A DNA stretch of 63,363 bases, counting the filler, from Bigelowiella natans CCMP2755 (Eukaryota; Protista; Cercozoa), in the NCBI GenBank assembly GCA_000320545.1. It is 5 parts of 5 records of this genome, joined end to end, with 100 filler letters (N's around TTAATTAATTAA, not from the genome) between each part and the next. Parts side by side here need not be neighbours in the genome. Positions count along the whole stretch, not along the records: positions 1 to 16,552 come from ADNK01001880.1; 4 more parts are not named here. One strand, given 5' to 3'. The notes beneath the pieces are model-generated. The model did not search any database. It saw only the letters and a list, made by a program, of their open reading frames with translations, and was not told the origin of the DNA. Below are positions 1-13,394 of this stretch, piece after piece. The translations under genes were made by a program, and so were the position numbers. The stretch's first letter is position 1, and every line of letters starts with the position of its first letter.

Positions 1-25
1 TGTGTGTGTATGTGTGTGTGTGTGT

Positions 26-70
<45 letters not shown>

Positions 71-152
71 GAGAGCGGGAGAGAGGGAGCGCTTCCTGTG
101 AATGTACTTCAATTCAATCATTATTACCATCACCATCATCACCACCACCCAG

Positions 153-2002
153 ATACTGGTTCTCGTCTCTCTTGTGGGACTTCGTTACGGGCCTTCTGCC
201 GGTTGGTAGCAGCAGCAGCAGCAGCGTTTAACGTGTACTCGTAGTAGAAGTAGTAGTAGTAGTAATTGTTGTTGTTGTAGTAGCTTTGATTGCTCCCTGC
301 CTCCTCCCTCCACGATAGAAGGGCAATGTGCTTCTCATTCCCTCCCTCTTGCACAACACACGCACTGCTTCATCTGTAATCGGTCAAGAGTCTCCCTTTA
401 TCATCATCATTCTCATTGGAATCGTTATCGTATTTCTTCGGCGTATATCAAAGGGCTTTCTTTCGTTCTTCATCTTCCTCGGGTACTCCTTGGACCCTCT
501 TACCGGGGAGAACGCGGTGCGTTTTGGCTATTTTTGAGATATCCTATTTTGTGCGAGAAGAAGGAACAGCAAACGCCTCTCTCTCCGTCTCTCTCCCTCC
601 CTCCCTCGCCTTCTCACCTAATTCCTCTCTTTTCGTCATTGTGACTCTAGGGGGCAATGATGCTCAATGTTATCCTGTATTTGCTCTCGGTAAGACACAT
701 AGACCTTATCGGCAGCCTTTTTCCTTCCCCCAATGAATTTGTGCATAAGAAGTACGGTTGTGGATTTATTATGAGTCGGACAGTGTACCATCTCTTCTCA
801 TCACACGCGAATCTCCCTCCACCCGTTTTATCATAAGCGGCATCATCATCGTTGTCGTCATCATCATCAGTATTATACCACGACAGCTTCTCCCCCCCCC
901 CCCCCCCTTCTTGCCCGTTATCACGATGCTGATTCTGCTATCAACCAGATCACGACGTTCACCTACGTGGCGTCGTTTCTCTTCTCTAATGCCAACACCG
1001 CCCAGAACGTCATGCTTCTGATCTACATTACTTTCGGTAATGACCCGTGCGGCGAGGGAGTGCTGCGAGCTGCTCTGCAGCCTGCACGAATCCTCATTTT
1101 CCCTATCGTTTCTCTCTTCTATTCCTCAAGACGAAGCTCTGCCTGTTGTAATGGTTGAAATGGCGTTGTCTTTCAATTGACGTGTCGCTTTTATTTTGGC
1201 CGAGTTGGGAAATTACGTAACGGCCTCTCCCCTCCCCCCTCCCCCCCCTTCCCCAATTATTTCCTGGGCAGGTTCTATCCTCGCTATTGCCTCCGACATT
1301 CTCGATATCATCGGATCCACGAGGGTACAGTCACAGCTGCGGCTTAGAAAGGGAACGCATGATATATCAATTCATTCAAAAACTCGGAATGTTAAACGTT
1401 GTGAGATCACGGCCCGTTATTTGCTGCTGACACTATATTCCGATGTCGTCGCCCCCTTAAGCTTCTTCTGTTCGCTTCCCTCCATTGCGTGATGTGGTGT
1501 GATGTGATGTGGCTGATCAGGATATCAATAAGAAACTGAAGTTTGTTTACCGGCTCTCTCCCAGCTTTTGCTTTGCAGAGGTCACTCATCTGTCTAAGCC
1601 GTGGTACTACCCAAATGCATTTGAACTAGTTGTTGAGGCTCTTCTCTCGCCCCCCCTCCCCCCCCCCCCCTTTCCTCTATAGGTCGTGATCAGCCTGATG
1701 AGGAGACAGCGAAACGGTGCGAACGATGGCATCTGGGACAACGACGTTACAGGATATCCAATGGTCAAAATGGAAGAAAGACATGTGTGGAGGGGGGAGG
1801 GGGGGGGGTGGATTTAGCCACCTCAAATTATATATGTCGATGCTTTTGCCCTGCGGTTCTAGGCTATTTACCTCATATCGTGAAAATACAGTCATTTTGT
1901 CCATATCTCTTGTGCGTGGAACCGAGGATTAGAAAGAGGAGCTGCATCAGCAACTACATCACCTTAATCTTGTTTCTTTTGTTATGTTCTTCATGATGGT
2001 CC

Positions 2003-2048
<46 letters not shown>

Positions 2049-2567
2049 CCTCTCATCTCCAGATTTACATGGCTTGGGAATCTGTCGCATTCTTCGCTGC
2101 CGTTCTCCTGTAGTATTTGTAGAAATAGTAGGAAGCAGCAGCAGCAGCTCTTTCCGAATCATCCTGCGACAATTGTTTTCAGCGAAAAACACATCTGTGT
2201 TTCTGTTCGCCATTCTAACTACATTTCACACCACAAGTAGTGCTTGCCACGCGTGTAGCAGCGCATATGAAATATCACATCAACCGTTAATTCTCACTGT
2301 CGCAGGATCGAGTTTATTCTTTTAAATCCGAATCTGTTCACTGCGTGTGCCATCGAGGCTCGCGACGTCCAGGACGATGAGGTGGCAAGTAGTAGTAGTA
2401 GTAGTAGTAAGTAATAGTAATATTAGAAGTAGCAGTAGTAGTTAGAAGATCTGTTTGCTGTTCTCCTCTTCCTCTCATGCAGCATCCTCCCTCCCCCCCC
2501 CTCTCTATCCTTCCCGTCATCTGCACCGCCGCAGTAAACCTTGCACGCGACGCCTTTTCCTCCATTA

Positions 2568-2612
<45 letters not shown>

Positions 2613-3845
2613 CTCTCTCCCCCTCTCCCTCTCCCTCTCCCTCCCTCTCAGGGCATCGAAGAGGATGAGGATATTATTGCCGAGAAGAAGAAAGTCGAAA
2701 ACAGGGTCGCAAAGGGAAACTTGGACATGGTCACGATCTGCGGTCTTCGCAAGGTCTTTGGGACGCTGGGTAACGTTTTTCCCTCGCAGAGGCGCTCTCA
2801 ATGACGCCGCACAGAATCCTATTTTTACGGAGCTTGGTGTTTGCTGTATTTTTCTTAGGAGGAGACTTCAAAGTTGCTGTTCGAGGTGTGGAAGTAGCAA
2901 TGCGCTCACCCCTGATAGTTTTGGCCTACGGTTTGAGGAAGGAGAGAAGGAGGGGGGGGGGGAGGAGAAATAATCAGAAATTGATGAATTGGTCTCGCAG
3001 CTTTTACCCAACAGATCTTTATGCTTACACGAAGTCTCTCACTTCTCCTCCTCCCCCCTCTCTTTATCCGCTTATTGTTATTACTCCTGTCGCTACTGCT
3101 CGCTGTCCCTCCTGATTGATTGTCATTAGACATGAACTTCTCGGTGCCTCTTGGGCAGTGCTTTGGGTTCCTAGGGATTAATGGAGCGGTAGTAGCATTG
3201 CTGTGATTGCTTCTCCCATTGTAATTGTTACAACAACTACTACTAATAATGATAAAATAAGATATCATTATTATGGTACTTGGACTTTCTTCTAGCATCT
3301 CATTAAACAGCGCGAACCTCCAACTCGCCCTTCATCGTTCGTTTGTCATCACAACTGCTCCCTGTATTGTAGCGAGTACCAAAATTCATCCGAGCGATTA
3401 CTAACTCAAGTGTGCTCTCTTCCTCCTCCTCCTCCTCCTCCTCCTCCTCCTTCGTCGCACTCCACGCATGCCGCCGTATCAGGGGAAAACCACCACACTG
3501 AAGATGCTGACAGGGTAGGCAGGGAGAGGGTTACTTCACCAATCATGAACTCTATTTTCAAATGCCGCTCGTTCCACGCTAGTGTGTCTTTGTTTCGTCT
3601 TTTCGCGCACCGTGGATGACGCAGCATTCGGCCGTTTTGTGCTGTTAAAACACGAGCATTGGTCATGATCGTGGTCGTTCTCGCTGCCGTTGTCATTTTC
3701 GTTTATCTTCTCTTCTAGCGCCATCTACCCCACTCGCGGAGAAGCATACCTGAACTCCCTCAACGTCATCACCCAGCAGCGCCGAATAAGGTCATCAATC
3801 CATATCTCACACATACGCACAGTTTAGTATATTTGAACGTGTACA

Positions 3846-3896
<51 letters not shown>

Positions 3897-4717
3897 GTTA
3901 GTATTATTATTCATCTGCTTATGCCTTGGCGTTTCTCGCATGCTGCTGACAGGAAGTATTTGGGATACTGCCCTCAATTCGATGCTTTCATTGGAACTCT
4001 CACAGGTGTGTTTTGTGTCTGTGTGTGTGCGTGCGCGTGTAGTTTTGCGTATGTGTGCGTTTGCCATTCATCAATCTCCTGCCGATGCCGCAATTTGCAT
4101 TGGTTCACGGTTTTTCATCTTTGTTGGCTGCTGATTGATCAAACACACTTTTGTGTTTCCCCCCCCAACTCAATACTAGCGAGGGAGACTCTGCTAATGT
4201 ACGGCCACATCAAGGTCACCCGTCGCATCGTGAGAGCGTAGACCATTTATAGAATTGACGGTATCAATAAGAAACGAGCAGAAGGCCTATGCCGAGCACA
4301 ATCAACAGCATCATAATGTCCTCGACGATGAGGAGAGGCCTGGAAGCTTGAACGCGCGCGCACACACACGCGCGCACACACAAAGAGCACGCGCAATCTT
4401 TGCCCCCGACGTCTTCTTCGGACATGTCAATCTCACCAGCATGCTGCAATCAATTACAGGGAATTCCGAGGGAACGACTCGATGAGTATGTCGAAGGTAG
4501 AGGCCGGGCTAGTAGAGATGCAGGAGGGTGAATGGGGGGGGGGGGGGAGGGGGGGGGGCAACCCGGGACAGCGAGTGAGAAGAAACGCACCATCCACTAT
4601 CATTAAAACACCTTAACCAACAGGAATCATCAATCTTCTCGGACTCAAAGAGTATGCAGACAGAGCATCTGGAGGGTAAAACTACTAATACTACTACTAC
4701 TACTACCACTACTACCT

Positions 4718-4753
<36 letters not shown>

Positions 4754-5259
4754 GCTGCTACTGTTGCTACTACTGCTACTCAAGGACCATCTGAGATACC
4801 ATTGCACGTTAGAATAGTCGTAACGACGATAGTGGCCAAAGCTCACCGAGCCCCCCTCCCCGTTTCGTGTCTTTTAGCAGCAGCGGCGCCTTGGCAGCAG
4901 TAGTAGTAGTGTTGATCATGGCTAAGTGATGGTGTGAGGAGGAGTGGAGATGAGAGAGTTTATTCGTTTATCCTTGCAAGGTACTCCGGAGGGAATAAGA
5001 GGAAGCTGAGTGTCGGAATTGCCTTGATGGGAAACCCTCCAATGGTGTTTCTGGACGAGCCATCCACTGGGTGCTGAGTGCTGTGTTTTGCTTTGTCATA
5101 TCAACGTGATAGCCGCGTTCGTCGCAGTGCAACTAACTGCGTTGTGTCAAAGTGGTGCTATGCCAACGGCGGCTCAGCGGTTGCTGCTGCGTGCAAAACC
5201 ACCGACCGCGTTTAAGTAAAGTGACTCACGGTGTTATTTTGTGCGTGTGTGGTGGTGGT

Positions 5260-5294
<35 letters not shown>

Positions 5295-5305
5295 CTGTGT
5301 TTCTA

Positions 5306-5349
<44 letters not shown>

Positions 5350-7286
5350 GTTTCTCTTCGAATTCCCTCCGCCCTCAGAATGGACCCGGCCTCCCGTCGT
5401 TCAATGTGGAATTTGATCCAGAAAACAATGGCCAAGCGAGCGGTCAGCCCTCACTCTGAATATCGGAGATGGATGCTGACGTCATGATGATGATGATGAT
5501 GATGATGATGTTGATTATTGGATATGAAAAATAGATAAAGAAGAACAGCCCACTTGCTTTCGGCTTTCTCGGCACATTAGAAGTGACAATAGATACATCG
5601 ATAACCTATTCTCTCTACCCCTCCCCCCCCCCCCCCCCTTTCGAATTTGATGCCTTGAACTTACTCAGGTAATTCTCACCACTCACTCGATGGAAGAGTG
5701 TGAGGCTCTTTGCCAGAGAATAGGCATCATGGTGGGTGGTCGTCTGAGATGCTTGGCTCTGAGCAGGTTCGTGTAATAAAAGGGGGAAAGGGGGGGGGGG
5801 GGGGGAGATCATACCAGGGTCTCGAAAATCTCACGAATGTATACAGCTCATGACGATTTCTCTTTGTAATGTAATTCAGCATCTTCGCCATCGTTATGGG
5901 GATGGGTATCAAATTGACATCAGAATCCACGATCAAGAGGTTGGTTCTACGATAGTAGTAATATCAACTACAACAACAACAACGACGATGACGACAGACT
6001 ACAATAACAATCTTTTCTTCGCACAATACCTGCACCTTGATGCATGTCTCTGTTTAGTGTGTGGTTCTAGACAAAACAAGTTTTTATGTATTTGAATACG
6101 CGGTTTTCATCGTTTCATATATCTATCTCCTCCCCGCCTCACAAGCATTTCTTATTGATGATTCTCATTCTCTCTCTCTTTATTGCATATAACAATGGAT
6201 CCTAGGACTCCAAGGCGAACGATGCTGCGGTGAAACAACTACTGAGCTGGACAGATAAGGTGCAAAACATCTTTCGGGGAAAAGTGTGCGAAGAGATTTC
6301 GCTTGTAGACGTGGCGACAACTCGCATCTATAATCCATATATTTGCTACTTTTTGTCCGGGTCCATCATTCGTAAACTATGCTGTGTGCATGTAGGAATT
6401 TAAGGGTCGCGAAGTGGTTGAGAACCAGGTGAATGCTGCTCGCTAATATAAAGTCCAACTAATATATATCGACATGAGAAAACGACGAGGATGATGACGA
6501 CGGCTCAGTATGTTAGCAGTTCATTGCCGACTGCAAAACGAGTGTGCGTAGAACGAATTGTTTCCCTCACTGTGGCAACTTTTACTTTCCATCTATCTAT
6601 ACAGGCGTTGAGTTTGAAGTTCCGACTACCGAGCTCAGATCTGAAAATGTCACTTGGTGAGAAATAAACGTTCATCTTGTTAAAATAGCGAGAGCCGCAC
6701 GCAGTAAGGGTAACGAGCGTCTGCATGTTTCTGCTGACCAAATCGGATGAATTGCTTATTTCCTTCCTCTCGTTGTTGGGCTCGCTTCCAGGTGGCGCTT
6801 TCGAAATCATCGAGAAGAATAAGGAAAGTCTGAAAATCTCAGAGTATTCGCTCAGCGAGGTGCCTAGGGACATTCAACAGAAAGAAGAAGCTTCAGTTGA
6901 TCGTTCTTTCGCCGCATTTTAGTGTTATACACCTTTCGTTTCGTGGTTCTAGTCGGAATGCACATGTACTCGCTACACAGCTGACCAGTATCATCACATG
7001 ACATGCGTGTGTGCATCTTTGCAGATGAGCCTTGAGCAAATCTTCATTTACTTCGCTCGTCAGCAGCGTGAGGAGCAGGTTTGTAACGAACACGATGACT
7101 GTCATGGTCATGATTTCTGTTCAGCTTCTGAAACTAGGAGAATGTGTGAGGGTGTGCAAAGAAGGGTTGCCGTTGGAAATCTCGCATCACAATGAGTGTA
7201 CCAATGCACATGCTTGACAGGGTGAAGTCGCTGGGTTGGCTGCCCAAGGGCGCAAGCAACAAAAGCAAAGAGAGCGTGCGGTCTAG
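153..7286 (+). CDS. ABC transporter subfamily A, C-terminal part (second TMD and NBD); multi-exon, 5' end outside window
   Basis: Exons joined by eye give [33 protein letters not shown]|[11 protein letters not shown] (Walker A), [39 protein letters not shown]|[10 protein letters not shown] (signature and Walker B), [21 protein letters not shown]|[11 protein letters not shown]. These are ABCA-typical motifs. Apparent 1-nt frameshift near 5755. Last exon 7221-7286 is tentative. Confidence 0.93.
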
Positions 7287-7471
7287 CAGTCTAGCAGTGC
7301 CAGTTTGTGACAGGGTTTGAAGGGGTTCGTGCACAGCTGGTGTGAGCTGCAGGATTTCAATCCTGATGAGCTAGTGAGCTGTTGTGCATGGAGCAGTTTT
7401 TCATCATGACGAGCTGCAGGATTTCAATCCTGATGAGCTGTTGTGCACTAGCCAGCTAGAGTGCCATGCAC

Positions 7472-7511
<40 letters not shown>

Positions 7512-7985
7512 ACGTGCTTGCGCTCCGCAAGTCCACAAATGAATGTTCCTAGCTAGCCAGATTGGCATCACTTGGTTGTCGTTGCGAGAAGTGCTAGCTA
7601 GCTGGAGTGGTCAACTCTTCAGCCGGGCGGGGCGCTTTTTGAATGAGCGCGCAGTGTGAAAATTTGAGCCGCGCGCGAGCAGAGTGCATGCATGCGGCTG
7701 CTGGCTTTGGTTGATGGCGCGTTGCATCATTCTGCCATTGCACGCGACAGCAGCACAGCTCGTAGCAAATTTGCCAACTAGACATGGCGTCATCCGCAAT
7801 TTGCAACTTTGCAACGAATCAAAGACGCCGTGCCTTTGAAGCACTGATGGAAACACATGCGAGGAAGCCGTTTGTCATTTGTTGTGTGATGCTCCAGACG
7901 TTCTAAACCTTGGGCGTCGAGCTGCTGGTGTACCTCGTTCAACGATCTAGCGATGCATCATGCAAAGAAGCGTGCTTCCCCCTTG

Positions 7986-8202
7986 TCACAGGCCAGCAAG
8001 AAGTTCATCTATTTCATCCATTTCGGCAGATTGCTTCTTGACTGGAATCGCCTGTGCATTCAGTCACGAATTTGGAAGGTTGTTATCGCATCTCAGCGAG
8101 CGCATCCATATCGCAAGCAGCGAGAGAAGAACAGAATCAGGCACAAGTTGTTAAGACGAAATGAAAACCCGTGTGTATGTGTGTTGTGCGTGTGTGTGTG
8201 TA

Positions 8203-8252
<50 letters not shown>

Positions 8253-9080
8253 TGCAACCTCTGAATCATGATTGAAATATGTACGAAACCGACCAATTAT
8301 TATATAATAGCAACCTCATTATTGCTGTTGTTGTTGTTGACGTCCTCCTCTAAACTGGCGAGTAGCTTATCAAGCTCATCCATTGCTTCTTTCGCAGCTG
8401 CCTTCGCCGCCTCTGGGTCAACCTTCTTTGCTTCCTTTTTCTTCTCATTATCCCTGCAGTTGCATCGCACATGGTTATCGAATATACGAGGCATTTGAAG
8501 CAAGAAGCGGGCTCAACTTTGTGCTGTTACTGCTGCTGCTGCTGGGAGTCTTCTTCTTGCGTTGATCCATCTTGCGAATAAACTCAGCATTTTTAGCATC
8601 ATTCCACTCCTTCTCAGCTTTGACTCGCGAAGGATGATTTGAGGCATGTTTCCGTGCGGCCTCTAGGATGGCCTCAGAGGGATCGAACGCATACGTGCTG
8701 GGCTCTAGAAGCCCCTCTCCCTTTTTCAACAGTCTTTCAGAGATCAGGGATTCAAACATCGGAGCTCCCTGGTAGGCCAGGTACCTTTCATTTCCAAACA
8801 AACGACTGTCTCAGTGCTACTGAGAAACTGGAAGCGGAAAGGAGAAGAGGCCGTGGTTTTGGCTATCGATCGACTGAATGCATTGTGTTCGATTTTGTTG
8901 GGTAGAGGAACCCACACAAGCACACGCACGCACACGCACTCACGCCCTTCTATTATATATTCTTCTCGGCTTGATACATTGCGAATAGTGCAAAGTAGCC
9001 AGCGACGGGCTCCTTGTGGTCGCTTCCCTCTTTCAGCAGTTTCTTCCCTACGTCGGTCTGCAGCATCATGTGTATCCCGA

Positions 9081-9128
<48 letters not shown>

Positions 9129-10737
9129 GAGAGAGAGGCAAGATATTCTCAGAAATGAGCATTCGCCAAGAAGGTACTTGTGATGTAAATGTGCCACAAC
9201 CCATCCAGGAAAAGGATAATAGGCATGACAACGCTCAGAGTTTTGCTTTCACAATGATTCATGATCGCTGAGGGCAGTGCATGCACCCCCGCAACAACGT
9301 TTTCTACAGTAAATATTTAAGAGACTCCTGACCGCGTCTGGTAGGGTTGATAGCGGCATTAGTCAGAATATACATAAGCGCCTTGAATTTCGCTTCATCT
9401 CTCGCGAACGGATGACAGCTTGACCATAAAGGATGGCCAATCGTCAAAAAAAACGGAGTAAGAGAGAGAGAGAGAGAAAAAAAAAAAGGGGGAGAGAGGT
9501 AGAAAGACGATAGAGCTTCAAAGCGAAAGACGACGACAGATATACACCTCCCACTTTGACAATGACGATGTGACCGGCGTTCCTATGCTACCCACCTTCC
9601 AAAAACCCTTGAGAGCCTCGAAGTTGCTATTCATCTCCGTGGCAAACGGAGCTGCCTTTTCCTCATCGTCACCACCCAACTGGACTAAATTAGGATGAAG
9701 CTCGAGAATATTCAAGTGGGCCCAGTCCACAACGCTTCTCGCCATGCTCCCGCTCGTTGGAATTCTGCGATGATGTCGTAAGTAGCAGATTATGCGAGGT
9801 GCTGATTCAGAAGGAATGAACGACGTGGGAGGAAATGCAGAGAGCACCAGCAGAGTCTACTCACATGAGGACACGTTTCTTCTCGATAATGAATGCGACC
9901 AGAGCGTCGAGCTCATGCAGAGCGGACGTTTGTTTGGCGTCATCGGTTCCAAACATTCTGCAGAGGCGGGAAGCGTGGCCGGGTTTCACTCCACACGTGG
10001 TTGTTAGCACCTAACACCAGAGTTAATGATGTTGATGACCAAGATGAATCGGGAATAGTATCTTCGTGGCCAGTCGCAAACCCCCACCTTTCTTAGTATA
10101 TCCATGTCGATTTTTCCTATTCTTCTCGGCCGCACTCCGGCCTTGTACAGCATCTACAAAGGCGCGAGCAGTCATGAGGTGGAGGCATTCGCATGCTGCA
10201 GCCCCGCAATCGCTACGATGGCAAGTGGGAGGAATTAGTTTGTCGTGTAGTTCCACCTCGGGGTCATACTGGAGCATCCGAGCACCTCTCAGAATCTCCT
10301 CTAGCTCCTGACGGCAAAAAAATCGAGGTTTTTAGAACGCAGTAGGAAACGTTCAAATTATCTGAAGGAAAACGTCGAAGATGCATGTGCCTCCTGGAGA
10401 TAATGGAGATCTCCATCAACGCTTTCCGAGGAGCGACCTTTACCGCGGTTTTCTCTTCTTTGCATTCCCCAGGTGTAGCAACGTGAGCCATCACTGCCTC
10501 ATGGCAACCGCCAAAGCCGCAGCCATTCTCACAGAAACGTGAAGCTTCCTGTAGAACAACCGCACGGAGTCGTCATCAATAGAACTCGTCGATGCTACCC
10601 ACAAAGATTGCGCCACACCTGAAGCTCAAGCCCCCCATCGTCCTCTGGCTTTTTACTTCCCTCCTTCTTTTTTTTCTTCATAAGCATGCGTCGATGAAAT
10701 GCGCAATACCTGTTATTTAGAAAAAGTTCATTTGGCT

Positions 10738-10784
<47 letters not shown>

Positions 10785-11565
10785 ATTCTGCTCTCCTTCA
10801 TGCATGACACGCCATTGTAAAGAGGGTCACCCGGTCAAGACAAGGTCGCCGATCATGTCCCCCCAGACCTTCCCAAAGAGCGGTGCTTGCTTGTTGAACC
10901 TGGAAGACGCCCACACGCGTAATTTTATCGAGATTGCGGCGACCATGTTGTGAAGGAACTAACCGTCGCATGCAGTCGGTGCATGACTCAATGTTAAATC
11001 CAAAGTATTTCGGGGGCACTTCAATTATAGCGTTTGTCATCTCAATCTCCATCACATTTGTCTCTTTTCCTTCTTCCTTCTGCTCTGCTGTAGGATAACT
11101 TTTTTGCTCAACTTTATTTATGGTGTCTATCTGCGTGTTTTCCTCTATTTTCGGGGGCATGAGTGGATCTTTGGTAGACTCCGTCTTTGCCGCCTCAATC
11201 CGCGTGTTTCCCTTTAACTCCCCAGGATTTTTAACCGCTGCCTGGGTCGTGTTGTCTACACCTTCCCCTTCCGGTGATTCGTTTGAAATTGTTTTTGAAT
11301 TGACATCTGGATCCTTGTCTGAAAAAGAAGTCTCCAGCCCCTTTTCCAACTGCACCTGTTTCTGTGATTTATCTGTTGTTTTCAACAACTTCCCAGGATT
11401 CCCTCCCTCTGATTTCTTCTCCCTTTTCTCTGAAACCTTTAAATTTATATCTCGTCCATGAGGAGTTGACACATTCCCTGAGTCCGTCTCTATGCCTTTC
11501 CCTGCATCACTAGAATGAGTGTCTTTCTCTTCAACCTTCTGGGTGTCTTCTCTACTATCAGTATC

Positions 11566-11599
<34 letters not shown>

Positions 11600-11899
11600 A
11601 GTCATACAAAGGAACAGAGGAAAGTCAATGAATCTCTCCAAGTCGGCACCTACACCCTTAACCATGTCTCGTATCTCGGTGTCAGTGGAATTTTGGCCCA
11701 AGGATCGCACAACAGTGCCAATGTGTCAGGCGGGTACTTCACCATTTATTTTTCCGAATAGGGAAAAGTTTCCCAGATTTCAGCATTTTCTCTCAGCAAG
11801 GTGTAGAATCTTACATCTATACGTTTTCTGATTTTCTGACCGAACATACCTCCGTAGAAGACGATGGCTTCTTCGACGGCTTCTCCTTTCTGATGCCTA

Positions 11900-11974
<75 letters not shown>

Positions 11975-12174
11975 GTGTGTGTGTGTACATATATACATAT
12001 ATGTATGTGTATGATATTTGGATAGAGGGTTAGAGCAAGGATATAAGGATGCAATCTCGAGCGAATTTAGTTCATGTTTCTGATTTTAAAGGATTCACCT
12101 TTCCTGAATCGGGGTGAGACAGCAGGGGAAGATTTTTTCTCTAGGTTCTTCCAAAATGCCAAGGCTTTGCTCAT
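7986..12174 (-). CDS. Multi-exon uncharacterised protein with charged low-complexity N-terminus and C-terminal LD-like motifs (may be more than one gene)
   Basis: ATG at 12174 (MSKALAFWKNLEKK), exon GIRKEKPSKKPSSSTE, long E/K/T-rich exon from 11565 running into ORF 10798-11472, further exons overlapping ORFs 10023-10277, 9518-9847 and 8475-8801, final exons ...MDELDKLLASLEED|AIPVKKQSAEMDEIDELLAGL*. Continuity across 9080-9540 not demonstrated. Confidence 0.55.
11600..11790 (-). pseudogene. Decayed calmodulin-like (N-lobe EF-hand pair) fragment inside an intron
   Basis: Translation AEIWETF/LFGKINGEVPA*HIGTVVRSLGQNSTDTEIRDMVKGVGADLERFIDFPLFLCM aligns with calmodulin AEFKEAFSLFDK...[41 protein letters not shown]. 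One frameshift near 11765 and an in-frame TGA at 11726-11728. Confidence 0.8.
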
Positions 12175-13394
12175 AGCACGTGTGTTTGCGATGTGGTGGT
12201 CACTGAACCCCTGACAAAAGATAGAGCAGCAAAGACTAAACCCAACATTTAACATTAAAAAAAAGGGGTTTGAGGCATTATGAAGTTAAAATAAGTAAAA
12301 CCTATCACTAATATGTTGTCGCAGAATATGTATGGATGCCATTTACAAGCATATTCATTGATAGCGGATCTAGTTTTGTGCACAAAATTACCAGCAGCCG
12401 GTGATGCCTTCACTTTTTTCGTAATCCAGGAAATTCAATGCAATAATCTGACAAAATGCAGCGTGATTTAATATGACTCTAAACATGTAAGAAATCTCCT
12501 CAAATTTTGGTGGCGTATCTGCTTTATAAATCCGTTTTAAATTAGTCGGCAAAATGCCGAATTTTTAGATTTCGCCCTTTTGCGACAGCTCCAGAAAACG
12601 CGCGCAAGGGGTTGCGATTTTAGCAATGCACTCTCTTTACACGAAAACCTTTGTCGTTTTCTGAGCTATTTTCAACATAAACATGTCGTAAGAATTAGAA
12701 TCTAGGTAATTTGTTGTGAGCATGTGATTGCGCGGAACTCGCCAAACGTAAGGGAATATATCAGACATAGATACCAATATAGCATGCGTCTGTCAAGAGA
12801 AGAGATAGACCTTTTATATATAGAGACATGAACCTTCCCCAACATTTCATGAAAATAGACACAGAAAACCAGCATTTGAAAAATGTACTGAGTTCGATCA
12901 GGATTGGTAGAAAAACTGCTCAGACTGCTCGGCAAAACGTACTATTACTATGTACGCCTTGTGGTTTCTGTTGTCGTTATATATATTACAAGGGTTTCTT
13001 ACCCAATCATGAGGTACAGCAACACGCAGACACTTACATCTTAAAAAACCCAATCGGTCCTTCCCCTGTATTGCGCCCCCTCACCCTTCTGCAGACAATT
13101 TGCTAGCAAGCATAGTCGAGGTGTTTCATGAAGGCAGAATCTTTGTCGGATTTCTGATAAAAAGGAATCCGACGAGTAGCTTATGTTTTTGCATCAGTAA
13201 TTTTGTTAATCTCCATGATGCAGAACACCCGCAGTCGTTTTTGTGGTTTCCTCACACATTTTCAAAAGATAATAGCTTCTCTCTGCTACAAGAGGGAAGC
13301 TTCAATTATTTCTACTTATTGTGTTAATTTTCGCGGCGGGGTTTTCCACATACAATCCGTCCTGACAGTGTCGAAATTTACAGGGATAGCTAAA

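Noticed and set aside
13203-13394. 64-aa N-terminal extension on CCT4
   Set aside because: Begins at a non-ATG codon, does not resemble CCT, and ends at an acceptor-like TTTACAG just before the ATG at 13395; probably UTR or intron.
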